Source: a virus
IMG/VR virus record: IMGVR_UViG_3300045973_000445
Span: 22,905 to 86,904 of that record
DNA: 64,000 bases
Strand: one strand, 5' to 3'
Part shown: positions 19,372-29,796 of the stretch, piece after piece
How positions within the stretch are numbered: the stretch's first letter is position 1
Layout of the letters: each line of letters opens with the position of its first letter
Program-made: the position numbers and the translations under genes
Notes under the pieces: generated by a model
The model's database searches: none
What the model saw: the letters and a program-made list of their open reading frames with translations, nothing else
Told to the model about the DNA's origin: nothing

Positions 19372-21087
19372 TTATTGAGCCAATCCATCTACATAATCAC
19401 GTATCTTTTTATTCAACCTCATTGTATCTGCCATTAAATACGCTCTTCTCTCTTCAGTTTTTTCTTCCTTTAACCATCTAGCATCATTTTTTAATTGCTG
19501 CTTATCCATATAATTATCAAACTTATCCATTAAACCATCTACTTTATGCATTACTACTTTTACTATTGTAGCAGTAGTGGTGGTACTATCTGACATATTT
19601 TCAATTAACATGCCCATTTTCTCTACATTAACAAACCCAGTCCTTTCTGTAAATCCAGATAGACGAGCTGTTCCTTTCTCTGTAATACCAGTCAGCTCTT
19701 TGGCATCTTCTTCATACCCCCCTGTAGGTGTTTTCTTAAACCGATCTATTTCCTTTGAATAGTTTTCAGCCGTTAGATTTTTTCCTGACATACCCATAGC
19801 AATAGTCAATGAAGGAGCTAGCCCAGCATTAAATATACTACGCGCATAATCTTCTTGATTACCCTCTGACATTTTTTTAAGCTGATCAAACATACCTGTT
19901 ACATACTTAGGATTAGCCATCGGATTTTCCATAGCCATCTGCATCTGCATCAAAGAAGATCCCTTTGGCATAGAACGCTCCATTACGGAATACTGCAATG
20001 CTTGTATCGCAGGATTCGTTGATTGTTGTAATCCCTGACGCATTGTATCATATACATTCTGCAATGGTTCTCCTGTAAGACCAAACCCCTTACTTACAGC
20101 AGATACAGAACCAGCAATAGTAGATGAATCCACTTTTCCTGTAACTCGTAATATTGTACCTGCCTCCGTAGTAAATGCCTGTAATATCTCAGGAAGTACT
20201 GCTATGTTTTGTGATGTTGCTCTTAGGTATTTTTCAAAGTAACGCTCGATATTGGTAACCTTACCCTCCCCGTAACGCTCCACCCCCATCACTCCTGAAA
20301 GATTCACCCCTCTAGCTTTCTCCCCCGCAATAATCCCCATCATATCCTCATTTACAACACCAGCCCCAGATCTAGTTAATTGCGCTGATTTTGTAAAGTA
20401 TTGACTAGGTGTCATTCCATATCTCCATAGTCCTATATCTTTTGTAGCAGATACTTCATCTCGCATACCATACATTGATGAGCCTCTGAGAATAGCATAG
20501 TCTCGCACAGCAGGCTCCATCGTGGATGCTCCCTGTATTTCTTTTATCGTTCCAGCTACAGCTAATGCAGCTACAGCTGCCGTAGCAATAGCTGCTATGG
20601 AAGCCCCAGCCACCAAGCCTGTTACCCCCCCACCAACGGCACTAGCCATCCCACCAGTAGACTCAGCCATCATAGCTCCATTAGCGATCCTCATAAAACC
20701 AGAACCCATACGTTCTATTTTCTGCTGAGATACCTTCTGATCATTAGTCCACTGCTTAGTAATTTTGTTAAGCTCCTTGAGCTCCTCTACATCTTCCTTG
20801 CCCTCAGAACGGGTCTCTCGAATAAGTTTAGAACGATCCTTTCCAGATAAAGATGTATCATCATGAAGCCTATTGATTGTTTCCTCTTGTCCCAGCCTGT
20901 TGCGAACCTTCATCAATTCAATCTCTCGCTCCATCCACTGAACACGTTGCTTGGCATTCAGTCCAAGTTCGATTGATTGTTTATTTAATACATTGAATGT
21001 TTCAGTAGCTGCACGAACATACTTTTGGTTCTCCGTCAACGCAGGAGAACTATCCACTGTCATTCGTACCGATGCCTCGTCTGCCAT
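19372..21087 (-). CDS. tape measure protein
   Basis: Helical, A/G/M-rich, with a hydrophobic A-rich segment. Lies after tube and chaperones and before hub. Confidence 0.75.
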   Translation of the reverse strand: MADEASVRMTVDSSPALTENQKYVRAATETFNVLNKQSIELGLNAKQRVQWMEREIELMKVRNRLGQEETINRLHDDTSLSGKDRSKLIRETRSEGKEDVEELKELNKITKQWTNDQKVSQQKIERMGSGFMRIANGAMMAESTGGMASAVGGGVTGLVAGASIAAIATAAVAALAVAGTIKEIQGASTMEPAVRDYAILRGSSMYGMRDEVSATKDIGLWRYGMTPSQYFTKSAQLTRSGAGVVNEDMMGIIAGEKARGVNLSGVMGVERYGEGKVTNIERYFEKYLRATSQNIAVLPEILQAFTTEAGTILRVTGKVDSSTIAGSVSAVSKGFGLTGEPLQNVYDTMRQGLQQSTNPAIQALQYSVMERSMPKGSSLMQMQMAMENPMANPKYVTGMFDQLKKMSEGNQEDYARSIFNAGLAPSLTIAMGMSGKNLTAENYSKEIDRFKKTPTGGYEEDAKELTGITEKGTARLSGFTERTGFVNVEKMGMLIENMSDSTTTTATIVKVVMHKVDGLMDKFDNYMDKQQLKNDARWLKEEKTEERRAYLMADTMRLNKKIRDYVDGLAQ

Positions 21088-21090
21088 TAT

Positions 21091-21444
21091 TTATTTCTTA
21101 TCATCAAATTGACTCAAATCCATTTTTTCAAAGTCTTCTATCTCAGTAGCCTCATCTATTATTTCTTTGCGCTCTTCCAACCAGTCACCCTGTTTATATG
21201 CATCCTTCTTAAGCCTCTCTTCAATTGCTTTGTTGTAAAGCTGCTCCTCTTGCCACTCAATGTAAATGTCCAAAAAAGAAACAACCCTATGCTCAGGCGA
21301 GTTGAACGCTATCTTGTGCCGTTCCCTCCACCATCTGTCAATAGGGTAGTTAACATTCCACTTATAAATGAATGAGTCTATGTCATCTTTAAAAGGCTGT
21401 TTATTTTCAATAAAGACAGCCTTTTTGATGTTTGATCTGGGCAT
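21091..21444 (-). CDS. tail assembly chaperone (second of pair)
   Basis: Between the first chaperone and the tape measure gene. In frame with the upstream ORF. Confidence 0.6.
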   Translation of the reverse strand: MPRSNIKKAVFIENKQPFKDDIDSFIYKWNVNYPIDRWWRERHKIAFNSPEHRVVSFLDIYIEWQEEQLYNKAIEERLKKDAYKQGDWLEERKEIIDEATEIEDFEKMDLSQFDDKK

Positions 21445-21447
21445 ACC

Positions 21448-21792
21448 CTACTTACCATCTTCACCTCTAAACAATTGTAGCCAGATATTCCACCAAGGTA
21501 GGAATTGCTTAGAATAAGCACTCTTTAGCACTTGGTAGTCTTCAGCAGATAGCTTGCTGATATCATCACATTTTAAGTCCTTCATGAGATCAGGACACTG
21601 AACAGAAAAATGACTTTGAATATCAATCACCATCAAGGACTCCTGAGCAGAAACTGTGCTGGTGCGCATCATCTCGTTGTAGTAACCACTTGAGAGTGCC
21701 ATCTTTCTACGCTCAACGTCAATCATGTCTCCTGGTGTGGGGACTTTGATAGTGTAAGTGTTTCCCTTTACTTCGAATTTTAATTCACTCAT
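21448..21792 (-). CDS. tail assembly chaperone
   Basis: Directly after the tube gene. FEVKGNTYTIKVPT pattern. Confidence 0.65.
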   Translation of the reverse strand: MSELKFEVKGNTYTIKVPTPGDMIDVERRKMALSSGYYNEMMRTSTVSAQESLMVIDIQSHFSVQCPDLMKDLKCDDISKLSAEDYQVLKSAYSKQFLPWWNIWLQLFRGEDGK

Positions 21793-21810
21793 AGCAAATT
21801 TATATTAAAT

Positions 21811-22290
21811 TTATGAACCGTTGAATACACACGGAGTCAGGTAGCGTCCGCTGATGTTTGTGCCTGATATCTGACCCTCGGTAACATCAAACGATTGTGA
21901 ATCTGGAAAGAAGTCTTTAATCATGGCTATAGTCTCCCCCTCATTATCCACTTCAGTAACCACATTGTTTACTTCCGTCTTTTTGGTTTTCTTAAAGACC
22001 TGAATCTGACATGGCTGTTCCCCAAGTAATAGTGTGTTGAGGAAGTTGGCTACCGATCCAGCCCTGTTAACCAATGCCTGAAGTTCAGGACGCTTTAGGC
22101 TGATGAAAAAGAAGTCAGCTGTCAGCTGGCAGGTATATCCCGTTGCAGGTACTTCCAGCAAGGTGAGGTTGCTTATGCCCTTGACCTCTCCTCGTTGTAC
22201 GTTTTCGGTACACCGCATGTTACGCATGTAACCACTAGCGATTCCGTTTATCTTAATTACTGCCTTTGGAGCTGTTAATACTAGTCCCAT
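21811..22290 (-). CDS. tail tube protein
   Basis: 159 aa directly after the sheath. AVIKING...G.MRN...ENVQRGEVKGI. Confidence 0.85.
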   Translation of the reverse strand: MGLVLTAPKAVIKINGIASGYMRNMRCTENVQRGEVKGISNLTLLEVPATGYTCQLTADFFFISLKRPELQALVNRAGSVANFLNTLLLGEQPCQIQVFKKTKKTEVNNVVTEVDNEGETIAMIKDFFPDSQSFDVTEGQISGTNISGRYLTPCVFNGS

Positions 22291-22311
22291 ATACTTTGAT
22301 TTTTAATATGT

Positions 22312-23988
22312 TTACTCAATCATAAATCCTGTGAAGAAGATCTTATCAATCTCGTTGTTGATAACAATAGCATAAGAAACCCAGTAGGTATCCTGTTTTG
22401 GAGTTACCACTACATCCTGAAATGAAAGAATCAGATTGTCCTGCGATGCCGTAGCTACCTTTGTTTCCAAGAATGCCATAGTCCAGTTCTTTACAAAGTT
22501 AGCCGACAGGGTGTTTCTGTTCACACCAGCTGGCTGACCAAGAAGTTGAAGTTTGGCATTTACAATCAGATCATGGTTGACCTGACCAATGATCCTCTCG
22601 ACCTGAACACTAAAGGAAGTGCCGTCCTGATTGATAAGGTTGTCATTATTTTGAAGTGAGTTACATCCCTTCAGGCAGACAAAATCATTGAAGTCTGAAT
22701 CGAAGTAGGTTGTCATGATTCCTGCATCCAGTGCCTGTTCCTTCTGGAGCTGAGTCAGATTATGAACCAGTCCATCGACACCCACCGATTTATTTGTTAT
22801 CGGAACCTGTGGAGGTAGTCCGCAAAGCCGTCCCAAAAGATAAGCTGCATGTACCTGAGCATCCCATATCCGGAAGCCCGTAGGGTTTGCCTGAGATACT
22901 TTCTTACATCCACCATGAACCACCAAAGCCTGTGCGCTGTTGAAGTACTCGGCTACGATCTTAGATGAGTTGCTGGATTGTGCAAACTCTCCATCATCCT
23001 GCCCAGCACCGTAAACCATAAACTTCAGGTACTTGGCTTCTGTTTGGATGTGTGCCAGAATCTTACCGACCTCAACTGAAGTGTAATCTAATATTCCGTA
23101 GTTGTCAGATATGACAAACACGTAGTCCAGATCTTTTACCTGCTCAAGGACAAGGTCAAGGTTTGCTGTAGAGTAAACCTCTGTACCGCCTGTAGCCAAG
23201 TTATACCCAGGATGTCCACTTACATCAGCTCCGTTTACGGAAGCATCCCCGTGGACGTGGTTTGAATCAAGAGCTGAAAAGAACTGGTTGAAAAGTCTAT
23301 CTGTTTTTGACCAGTCGATCAAAGTCTGTATGCTATTGAATTCCGGTGATTTTGCTAAAAGCAATGGAGGAGCATCATCAGCCAGAACCTCATCATAAAT
23401 AAGCTCTGCTCCAATAGCCTCTCCGTAATATGTAGCATCATCCGGATACGCTCCTTTATAAGTGCCAACCCAGAACTTCATGATCCACTTGGTAGCATCA
23501 ATAACTCCTGTTTCCAGTGTGAAGGCATATCCTTTATCAAGGTGAGATACTGTTTTGACTCCGTTTCCAATCTGCCCTTCATCCTTTACATAGGCACTAA
23601 ATGTACCTCCCTTTGCGCCACCGCCTGTGGCTGTGAAGTTCAATACGGCAGGAACGGTAGTAGCTGCTTTAACGTGGTATATCTTGCTGACCCCAGGTTC
23701 TGCCTTACGTGGTTTGAAAAGTGGCTCTGCCAGCTTCCAGAACTTACCTCCCTTGAGGAATGATCGGTAATCAAGTAAACTTGAAAAAGTATAAACGGCA
23801 TCAGCCCCATTAGCCAATGATCCGTCAATACCAACTCCACCACCCCACAAAGCACCGAGGCCTGTGTCGATAATCAGCACTGTGCCATAATCAGCTGTTA
23901 ATGGTGTATTTTGAATTCCACTTTTGATAGTAGCATAGACTCCTGGTAGGGATTCTCTGCGACCATTGAAAATATAAGAAGTAGCCAT
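22312..23988 (-). CDS. tail sheath protein
   Basis: N-terminal LPGVYA, PITNKSV...LT..QKEQALDAGI, and a C-terminal sheath domain. Confidence 0.9.
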   Translation of the reverse strand: MATSYIFNGRRESLPGVYATIKSGIQNTPLTADYGTVLIIDTGLGALWGGGVGIDGSLANGADAVYTFSSLLDYRSFLKGGKFWKLAEPLFKPRKAEPGVSKIYHVKAATTVPAVLNFTATGGGAKGGTFSAYVKDEGQIGNGVKTVSHLDKGYAFTLETGVIDATKWIMKFWVGTYKGAYPDDATYYGEAIGAELIYDEVLADDAPPLLLAKSPEFNSIQTLIDWSKTDRLFNQFFSALDSNHVHGDASVNGADVSGHPGYNLATGGTEVYSTANLDLVLEQVKDLDYVFVISDNYGILDYTSVEVGKILAHIQTEAKYLKFMVYGAGQDDGEFAQSSNSSKIVAEYFNSAQALVVHGGCKKVSQANPTGFRIWDAQVHAAYLLGRLCGLPPQVPITNKSVGVDGLVHNLTQLQKEQALDAGIMTTYFDSDFNDFVCLKGCNSLQNNDNLINQDGTSFSVQVERIIGQVNHDLIVNAKLQLLGQPAGVNRNTLSANFVKNWTMAFLETKVATASQDNLILSFQDVVVTPKQDTYWVSYAIVINNEIDKIFFTGFMIE

Positions 23989-24022
23989 TGAAATCGATTA
24001 TTATATGATACCAAATTTTTTA

Positions 24023-24048
24023 TAAAAATAAATAATCTTTTTAAAAAT
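24023..24048 (-). promoter_or_regulatory. 26-bp conserved upstream motif, copy 2 (upstream of sheath)
   Basis: taaaaataaataatctttttaaaaat. Confidence 0.65.
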
Positions 24049-24242
24049 TAACAAATCCTTTGCTCAGAGAACATACGAGACCATTCTTCAATTGAATGAA
24101 CATCATCTTTAAACTTCTTTAGTACATGCGCACGTGTCGTGCCAACCAGCTGAAACTCATTACAAGCCTGATCAGCATTTAAGGATGTCTCAGGTATCTC
24201 AGGAAGAGTTGCTTTTTCTTTTTTTGTAGATTTGCGTTCCAT
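24048..24242 (-). CDS. small protein upstream of sheath
   Basis: 64-aa ORF, tightly packed. Confidence 0.6.
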   Translation of the reverse strand: MERKSTKKEKATLPEIPETSLNADQACNEFQLVGTTRAHVLKKFKDDVHSIEEWSRMFSEQRIC

Positions 24243-24247
24243 GTCTT

Positions 24248-24940
24248 TTATATTAATTCTTCACCTATTGCTTTAACATCATAAACTGTAGCTGGGTAGA
24301 ACTCTACCAGCGAAAGGAATGACTGAGGAGTACCCAGCCGAGGGAACTCCTTAACATAATCCATGTCCATCTGAATGGTCTTGATAAACAGTGGGGTAGA
24401 CATCTCCTCGTTCTTGGCTACCAGCTCTTTTCCCACTATGCTTACATTATTGAAGTACTCAGATAATGTATCAATAGCTCCATTCAATGCAGCATACAAA
24501 ACCTCATATACCAATATCGTCTCCAGCACATTAGGGCTAGTGATTACATACTCAAACACACTTCCTGAGCCTCGGAACAGTTTATCTGTCTGGGATCCGT
24601 CCGTGTTGTTGTAGAATTCGTTAGTATCATATCCCCAGCCGATGGTGTTTATTCCCTTCATCGCTTCACTTGGCTGATGGACGTAGATCGTTGGCAGGGT
24701 AGCCATTCCCAAATCAAAACCCATTCGAGTCTGAATCTGTCTGGCTGAGGCATCCGTGCGGATAAATATATCCTTGCCCTGTTCATAGAAGTCAAAGTCT
24801 CCGAGCGTGTTTCCATACAGCACCCGATATAAGAAAGACTCCTCTTCTATACCTGCTTGCAGTGCTGCATTGTAATCATCCTTTACTAGGGTGATTACAG
24901 CATCTAGAATCTTCTTTATTTTAGTTACCGGTATAAACAT
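24248..24940 (-). CDS. putative tail terminator/neck protein
   Basis: Upstream of sheath. LPTIYV.QPSE pattern. Confidence 0.55.
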   Translation of the reverse strand: MFIPVTKIKKILDAVITLVKDDYNAALQAGIEEESFLYRVLYGNTLGDFDFYEQGKDIFIRTDASARQIQTRMGFDLGMATLPTIYVHQPSEAMKGINTIGWGYDTNEFYNNTDGSQTDKLFRGSGSVFEYVITSPNVLETILVYEVLYAALNGAIDTLSEYFNNVSIVGKELVAKNEEMSTPLFIKTIQMDMDYVKEFPRLGTPQSFLSLVEFYPATVYDVKAIGEELI

Positions 24941-24943
24941 GGC

Positions 24944-26674
24944 TTAGAAGTATCTGATGCCCTGTATTGATTTTTTGACTTCTGCATCTTTCTTTATTTC
25001 AGAACCTTCTTTCAGATGTCTTTTCATAATCCCCACATACAAAGCATTATTAGGATACCCTAGTTCTTTCAAAGCAGATGCTATCTTCTTTTCATTCTGG
25101 ATGTCTTTGAAGTCCAACTTATCATAGACTTTTGCAGCTAAATCAAATAACTTTTCTTTTGCAGCTTTTGCTTCTCTTTCTCCCTTAGCTGCATCAGATT
25201 CTCCTTTATCCTTTTTATTTTGGTACTCGGTTATTTTACCTTTTTCATGTTTGTTATCATCCTCTCTCATCTTCTTCTGTCCTTCTGTCTGAATTTGATC
25301 TCCCTTAAGTTTAGGTTTGTTATCTTTTTTATCTCCACCACCCATAAACTCTTTACTTGGAAATTCTCCCTTGCCGTCAGACGGAGACTCTTCCTTTTTG
25401 CGCCTCTGCAACTCCGTGTGGGCTACCTGTCGGACAGTTGGATCAGGAGAGCTCTTTATGGCGTTTGTCAACGCCTGTTCGCTAGATTGCTTAGCATGTT
25501 CTGACAACGCTTCCTCCGACATCTTCCCTTCTCCACCTTCAGCTGGTTTATCAGCAGATGATTTGCCCTCTCCCTGTTTGATTGGCTGCCAGTCCTTCTT
25601 GCTATCCCCTGATTCCGACACCTTTTTCATCTGTACCCCATGCCATGTTCGGGTTTCCCCGATTTGGCCTTTTTTGCCCTTCTCAAATACATCCTTGCTG
25701 AGAATACCGTCTTCAAAGGCTTTGTATATAGTTTCCAATTCAGAATTGATTGACTTTTGTATCGTATTAGAATCATACTTTACATTACCAAAGTCTCCCG
25801 ATGATGTTGTGTAAGAAACCATATCACCTCTAACACCTGTAACTTTAGCTGATTCAAACATACCTGCATGTTTTTCTACTTTAATTTTATCCCCAACTTT
25901 GAATTTGTTTTTTCCTTTTCCACTTTCCAAATCCTGAGTCGATCCCCCGTTCACCATATTCCCGAATCTCTCCCCAGCACGACCATGTTTGAGATTTTCC
26001 TTTGTTGGCTTGTAAATGCCAGAACGGGACTTCTCAAATTCATCCCCCTCTGCCTTTATAATATGTACAGAGGGGGTGCGATCAAATCCCTTCGGAGATG
26101 CTGGTAGTACATGAGCATGTAGTTTCCCCTCTCCCTGTTTTACAAACTGGGATGCTCTCTTATTGGTAGTTACCATAAAGCCTTTGTTAGTCTTTAAAAC
26201 AGAGTAGTTCTCTGGCTTTGTCAGATGCTTTACTGCCGACTGCACCGTCTCCATCGAGGAGTACTGCATATCGCCATGTGCAGAGGATGCTGTTATGGTA
26301 GGATGACTTATTTTCTCATTCTCAGCTGACTGCTCTTTGGTAAGAGTATTGAGTTTATCAGTATGCTCGTTGAAGTGTTTCTGACGCTCATTGCGATGTT
26401 TTTGAGTAGTGAAATGAAGTTTGTGGGCATCAGACTCCCTCGATATCTCATGATGTTTATCGGCAGCATCCTTATGATCTTGTGCATTGAAGTCCTTATG
26501 CCCTTCATGCTCAAAGGTATCATAGATCGGCTTCCCTGACTTTGTATGTCCGATAACCTTCCCACCACGGGATCCTTCTCCTAATGCTTTCTCAAAGGAT
26601 GCATCGAACTCAGTTTCAACTTTTAGTTGCTGGTTGAGATTGTGCAGTTTTATAGATTTTTCGAAGTTTTCCAT
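24944..26674 (-). CDS. charged modular protein, putative internal head protein
   Basis: K/E/H-rich. Modules GEGSRGGKVIGHTKSGKPIY and GIYKPTKENLKHGRAGERFG. Many FEKS/FEKA/IQKS sites. Confidence 0.6.
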   Translation of the reverse strand: MENFEKSIKLHNLNQQLKVETEFDASFEKALGEGSRGGKVIGHTKSGKPIYDTFEHEGHKDFNAQDHKDAADKHHEISRESDAHKLHFTTQKHRNERQKHFNEHTDKLNTLTKEQSAENEKISHPTITASSAHGDMQYSSMETVQSAVKHLTKPENYSVLKTNKGFMVTTNKRASQFVKQGEGKLHAHVLPASPKGFDRTPSVHIIKAEGDEFEKSRSGIYKPTKENLKHGRAGERFGNMVNGGSTQDLESGKGKNKFKVGDKIKVEKHAGMFESAKVTGVRGDMVSYTTSSGDFGNVKYDSNTIQKSINSELETIYKAFEDGILSKDVFEKGKKGQIGETRTWHGVQMKKVSESGDSKKDWQPIKQGEGKSSADKPAEGGEGKMSEEALSEHAKQSSEQALTNAIKSSPDPTVRQVAHTELQRRKKEESPSDGKGEFPSKEFMGGGDKKDNKPKLKGDQIQTEGQKKMREDDNKHEKGKITEYQNKKDKGESDAAKGEREAKAAKEKLFDLAAKVYDKLDFKDIQNEKKIASALKELGYPNNALYVGIMKRHLKEGSEIKKDAEVKKSIQGIRYF

Positions 26675-26685
26675 TATAGTATATT

Positions 26686-27381
26686 TTATTTTCCTATTTT
26701 CAATCCCAGATATTCTTTAACGGTTTTCCAAACACCAGCTGATGCTTGTTGTCTTTGTTCTTTTGTAGCACCGTGAGTAGTACTTGATCCAGAAGATATG
26801 TATTGAGTAGACATAAATCTATCTACTTCAAATAAAGATTTTCCTTCTTTAAGAAGCTCCTGCATTTTAAGTACAGTATGGGTATATTTAATTCCTTGTA
26901 ATTGATCAGAACCCGTTCCAGCTGGGTATAATGCGCCTGATAACATACCAACACCACGACCCCCTAATTTCACATACCCCCGATTTCTATCCACCACAAC
27001 TTCTTTACCATCTATATGCATTCTACTTCCATGCAAAGTACCCTCTCCCTTAAACTCTATTTTAGATTCATTTGATTTTTCCTTCACTCCCATCTGCTTT
27101 CTCATAAGATGAGCTGTTCCACCATTATCAGGAACACTATCCACTAATCTTTGAAGTCTCTCATCCTCTGTTTCCTTCTCTCCTTCTTTCTTGCTTCCCT
27201 TTGGTACTGGCTTCCAGCCCTCAGCAGTCTTAACAAACTCCCGTCCCCCCTGCCACGTCTTCCTTGTGCCAATCGGTGCTGCCTTTTCGAGGAGCTCCTC
27301 GATAGGCATAACGTAGCCAAATTCTGTATTGATGGCCTTTTGAAGATTATGTTGCTGTAGTTCTTTTTCCCAGTTTTCCAT
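26686..27381 (-). CDS. putative internal head protein
   Basis: N-terminus resembles that of 24944..26674. LEKAAPIGTRKTWQGG module. Confidence 0.55.
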   Translation of the reverse strand: MENWEKELQQHNLQKAINTEFGYVMPIEELLEKAAPIGTRKTWQGGREFVKTAEGWKPVPKGSKKEGEKETEDERLQRLVDSVPDNGGTAHLMRKQMGVKEKSNESKIEFKGEGTLHGSRMHIDGKEVVVDRNRGYVKLGGRGVGMLSGALYPAGTGSDQLQGIKYTHTVLKMQELLKEGKSLFEVDRFMSTQYISSGSSTTHGATKEQRQQASAGVWKTVKEYLGLKIGK

Positions 27382-28265
27382 TATGCTGTTTTTATATTTG
27401 TTATCTCAATATTCTTGTTAGGGTTGTGCTTACAATTATCAAAATGATAATGATACATATTACTCTTTCCCTGAAACCCACAAAAAGGACATGCTAGAAT
27501 AGGTTTATTTCTTAAAGTTTCCCTTATCTTATTTCGATGACTTTCAGATACTACTCGATTTACTTTGCCTTCATTTCCTGGTTTCATTATACAATTATCA
27601 AAATGAAATTGCGTAGTCCCACTCCCACTTTTACTTTGAAAACCACACCACGGACAGGTTTTTAATTCACGAGTATCTGGTTTCTTTTCTTTAATAACTA
27701 CTATTCGATTAGGGTTCTTTTTACAATTATCAAAATGATATGTTCTCATATTAACTTCACTCTTACTTTGAAGCCCACAATAAGGACAGATAAGTATTGG
27801 TTTTTCACTAAATGTCTTTTTTATTTTCTCTTTAGTTGATTCCAATACAACATGCCCTATATTTATCCCTTTGCGATCTTCAATCATTGCAGATACTATT
27901 TTATCATAATCAGGATGATTAGTAAAGGTATCTCCTCCTCCACCCCCATTAGTTATATTATATCCTATTTCCCTATTTGTAGCTTTAAGTTCTGCAATCC
28001 ACCAAATTTCTCTTTCATTAAGATGATACTTATCTTTACAAAATTCAAGAATATCTCTTTTAAAACACTCATACTTATATTTCCTTATAGCATTATGAAG
28101 GGGTGTGTTGTGTCTGACACTACTTTGTCTACGAACACCATCACCAATATACCCATCATTCAATTTTTTAGTTTGATGTTTTCCCACATAGATTTTACCA
28201 TTTATAAGATTTGTAGTCTTATAAACTATAAAAAACATACCATCGTATTTAGTTCGAATCATCAT
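27381..28265 (-). CDS. GIY-YIG homing endonuclease with three CPxCG/HFDNC repeats
   Basis: IVYKTTNLINGKIYVGKH...E..WI...GYNI. Confidence 0.88.
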   Translation of the reverse strand: MMIRTKYDGMFFIVYKTTNLINGKIYVGKHQTKKLNDGYIGDGVRRQSSVRHNTPLHNAIRKYKYECFKRDILEFCKDKYHLNEREIWWIAELKATNREIGYNITNGGGGGDTFTNHPDYDKIVSAMIEDRKGINIGHVVLESTKEKIKKTFSEKPILICPYCGLQSKSEVNMRTYHFDNCKKNPNRIVVIKEKKPDTRELKTCPWCGFQSKSGSGTTQFHFDNCIMKPGNEGKVNRVVSESHRNKIRETLRNKPILACPFCGFQGKSNMYHYHFDNCKHNPNKNIEITNIKTA

Positions 28266-29020
28266 GTACTAAAAAATTCTATTTTAGATTTTCTTATTAT
28301 TGATGCTATGTCTGTTTTAGCTAATGCTTTACCTAATAAATTTCGAGGAAGAAATCCAGGGTGTATGAAAGCATTCTTATCGCTGAGGTCTGAAACTCTC
28401 CGGAATGTTAGATATCCGCTCCTGTTCTCATCCTTATTCGGAACTTTAACCAAGCCCTCAAACTTTGCACTCTTGTGCGTATATGCCTGAAAGGAGCGTC
28501 CAGCAGAGTTAAACCCTGCCCTGATGCCCTTGACCTGCTGATCAGCTGGAAGCTGGGCTAGGGTGAGTGGCTTTGTGGCAGTCTTCACTATCTTATATAC
28601 ACTAACAGGCATCGCTCCAGCAAACACAGCACTCTCTCCAAGTGAATTTGGAGTATTGTGATGGAAGGGGATCGTGATAAACCATCCCTTACCATCCTTC
28701 TTCATAGTCTTCTTGGGACTCATTTGAAATCCGATCTTCTCATCAAATGCGTCCTGTCCAAGCTCAAGATTTACAGCCAGCTTACTCTGACGAGCCGTCA
28801 CTCCAATAACAATAGAATTATCATCCGGACGTTCAACGTATATACCTTTCAGGTATTCATTTCTTGTGCTGTGCAGATTCTCGTTGATCTGATTTGTCCA
28901 CTCATTCTCAAAACCCTCCTTGAGCCTATCCAGCAACAGGTCATGAAAGCCATTGATATCATCAGGACTCAAAGCACTAGATTCTATAAAATTTGATGCA
29001 TCTATCGAGATCTGTAACAT
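28262..29020 (-). CDS. neck/head-tail joining protein
   Basis: GWFITIPF and YLTFRRVSD...FIHPG, as in Herelleviridae-type neck proteins. Confidence 0.65.
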   Translation of the reverse strand: MLQISIDASNFIESSALSPDDINGFHDLLLDRLKEGFENEWTNQINENLHSTRNEYLKGIYVERPDDNSIVIGVTARQSKLAVNLELGQDAFDEKIGFQMSPKKTMKKDGKGWFITIPFHHNTPNSLGESAVFAGAMPVSVYKIVKTATKPLTLAQLPADQQVKGIRAGFNSAGRSFQAYTHKSAKFEGLVKVPNKDENRSGYLTFRRVSDLSDKNAFIHPGFLPRNLLGKALAKTDIASIIRKSKIEFFST

Positions 29021-29796
29021 TACTTGTAGCTATTATCCTGTGTAACAATACCCCCGTCATAATCATTCAATCCCAAAACAACATGAGATTTCTTTAATAC
29101 AGCATTAATCGGCATATTAACTGATTCCATCTGACCGTTATTATTTACAACAGTAGCTGATCGACTGTCATGCGGAATATCTATGACATGATAAGAAGGA
29201 GCACATAAATAAGTAATTGTAACAGTATTATTAAAACCACTAGGAGGTACAAAGTTAAGCAATACTATGTACTTGTTATTTTCATCAATAGAATAATCAC
29301 TCGTACTAAGTTTAACCAAAGGCAGAGTTGATAACTCAAAGTAAAAGATATCTAGTATTTCTGTTGGCAAGTAAGTTGCAAAAACAAATAGCCGACCATC
29401 TACAGATCGTACCCTTAGAGTTTCACTTCGTTTTGATGTTATCTCAGTAAAAGTAATACGATCCATTTCAGCCAGTCTATTTACATTCATTAGTGAAACC
29501 ATTATAGTCCCCTTATTTTCCTCACTCCACTCAGTGCCGTATTTGCCTTTCTTATTGATGTTACTTATAATAGCCCTACTTTTTATAGGATTTAAAAAAT
29601 TCCACCCAAATCCTCTACAATTTTGACAATCTACTCTTGCAGCACCAGACTCTCGTGTTTGGCAAGGGCACTGTCGTGCTTCTTCCAACAAAATGGAGTA
29701 ACCCTGCTGCCAAAGCAAAGCATCAAAAGCCTCGTTGTTAAACGAAGCCTTCGGCTGACCTGCCAGTGGTGGGGGACTCTGAGTTCTTATTGTCAT
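29020..29796 (-). CDS. head closure/neck protein
   Basis: CPC...C..CRG.GW motif. Located after the adaptor. Confidence 0.65.
   Translation of the reverse strand: MTIRTQSPPPLAGQPKASFNNEAFDALLWQQGYSILLEEARQCPCQTRESGAARVDCQNCRGFGWNFLNPIKSRAIISNINKKGKYGTEWSEENKGTIMVSLMNVNRLAEMDRITFTEITSKRSETLRVRSVDGRLFVFATYLPTEILDIFYFELSTLPLVKLSTSDYSIDENNKYIVLLNFVPPSGFNNTVTITYLCAPSYHVIDIPHDSRSATVVNNNGQMESVNMPINAVLKKSHVVLGLNDYDGGIVTQDNSYK

Noticed and set aside
25220-28996. Plus-strand ORFs such as 25317..25814 and 27852..28490
   Set aside because: They are antisense to well-supported minus-strand genes and have S/F/L-rich shadow composition.
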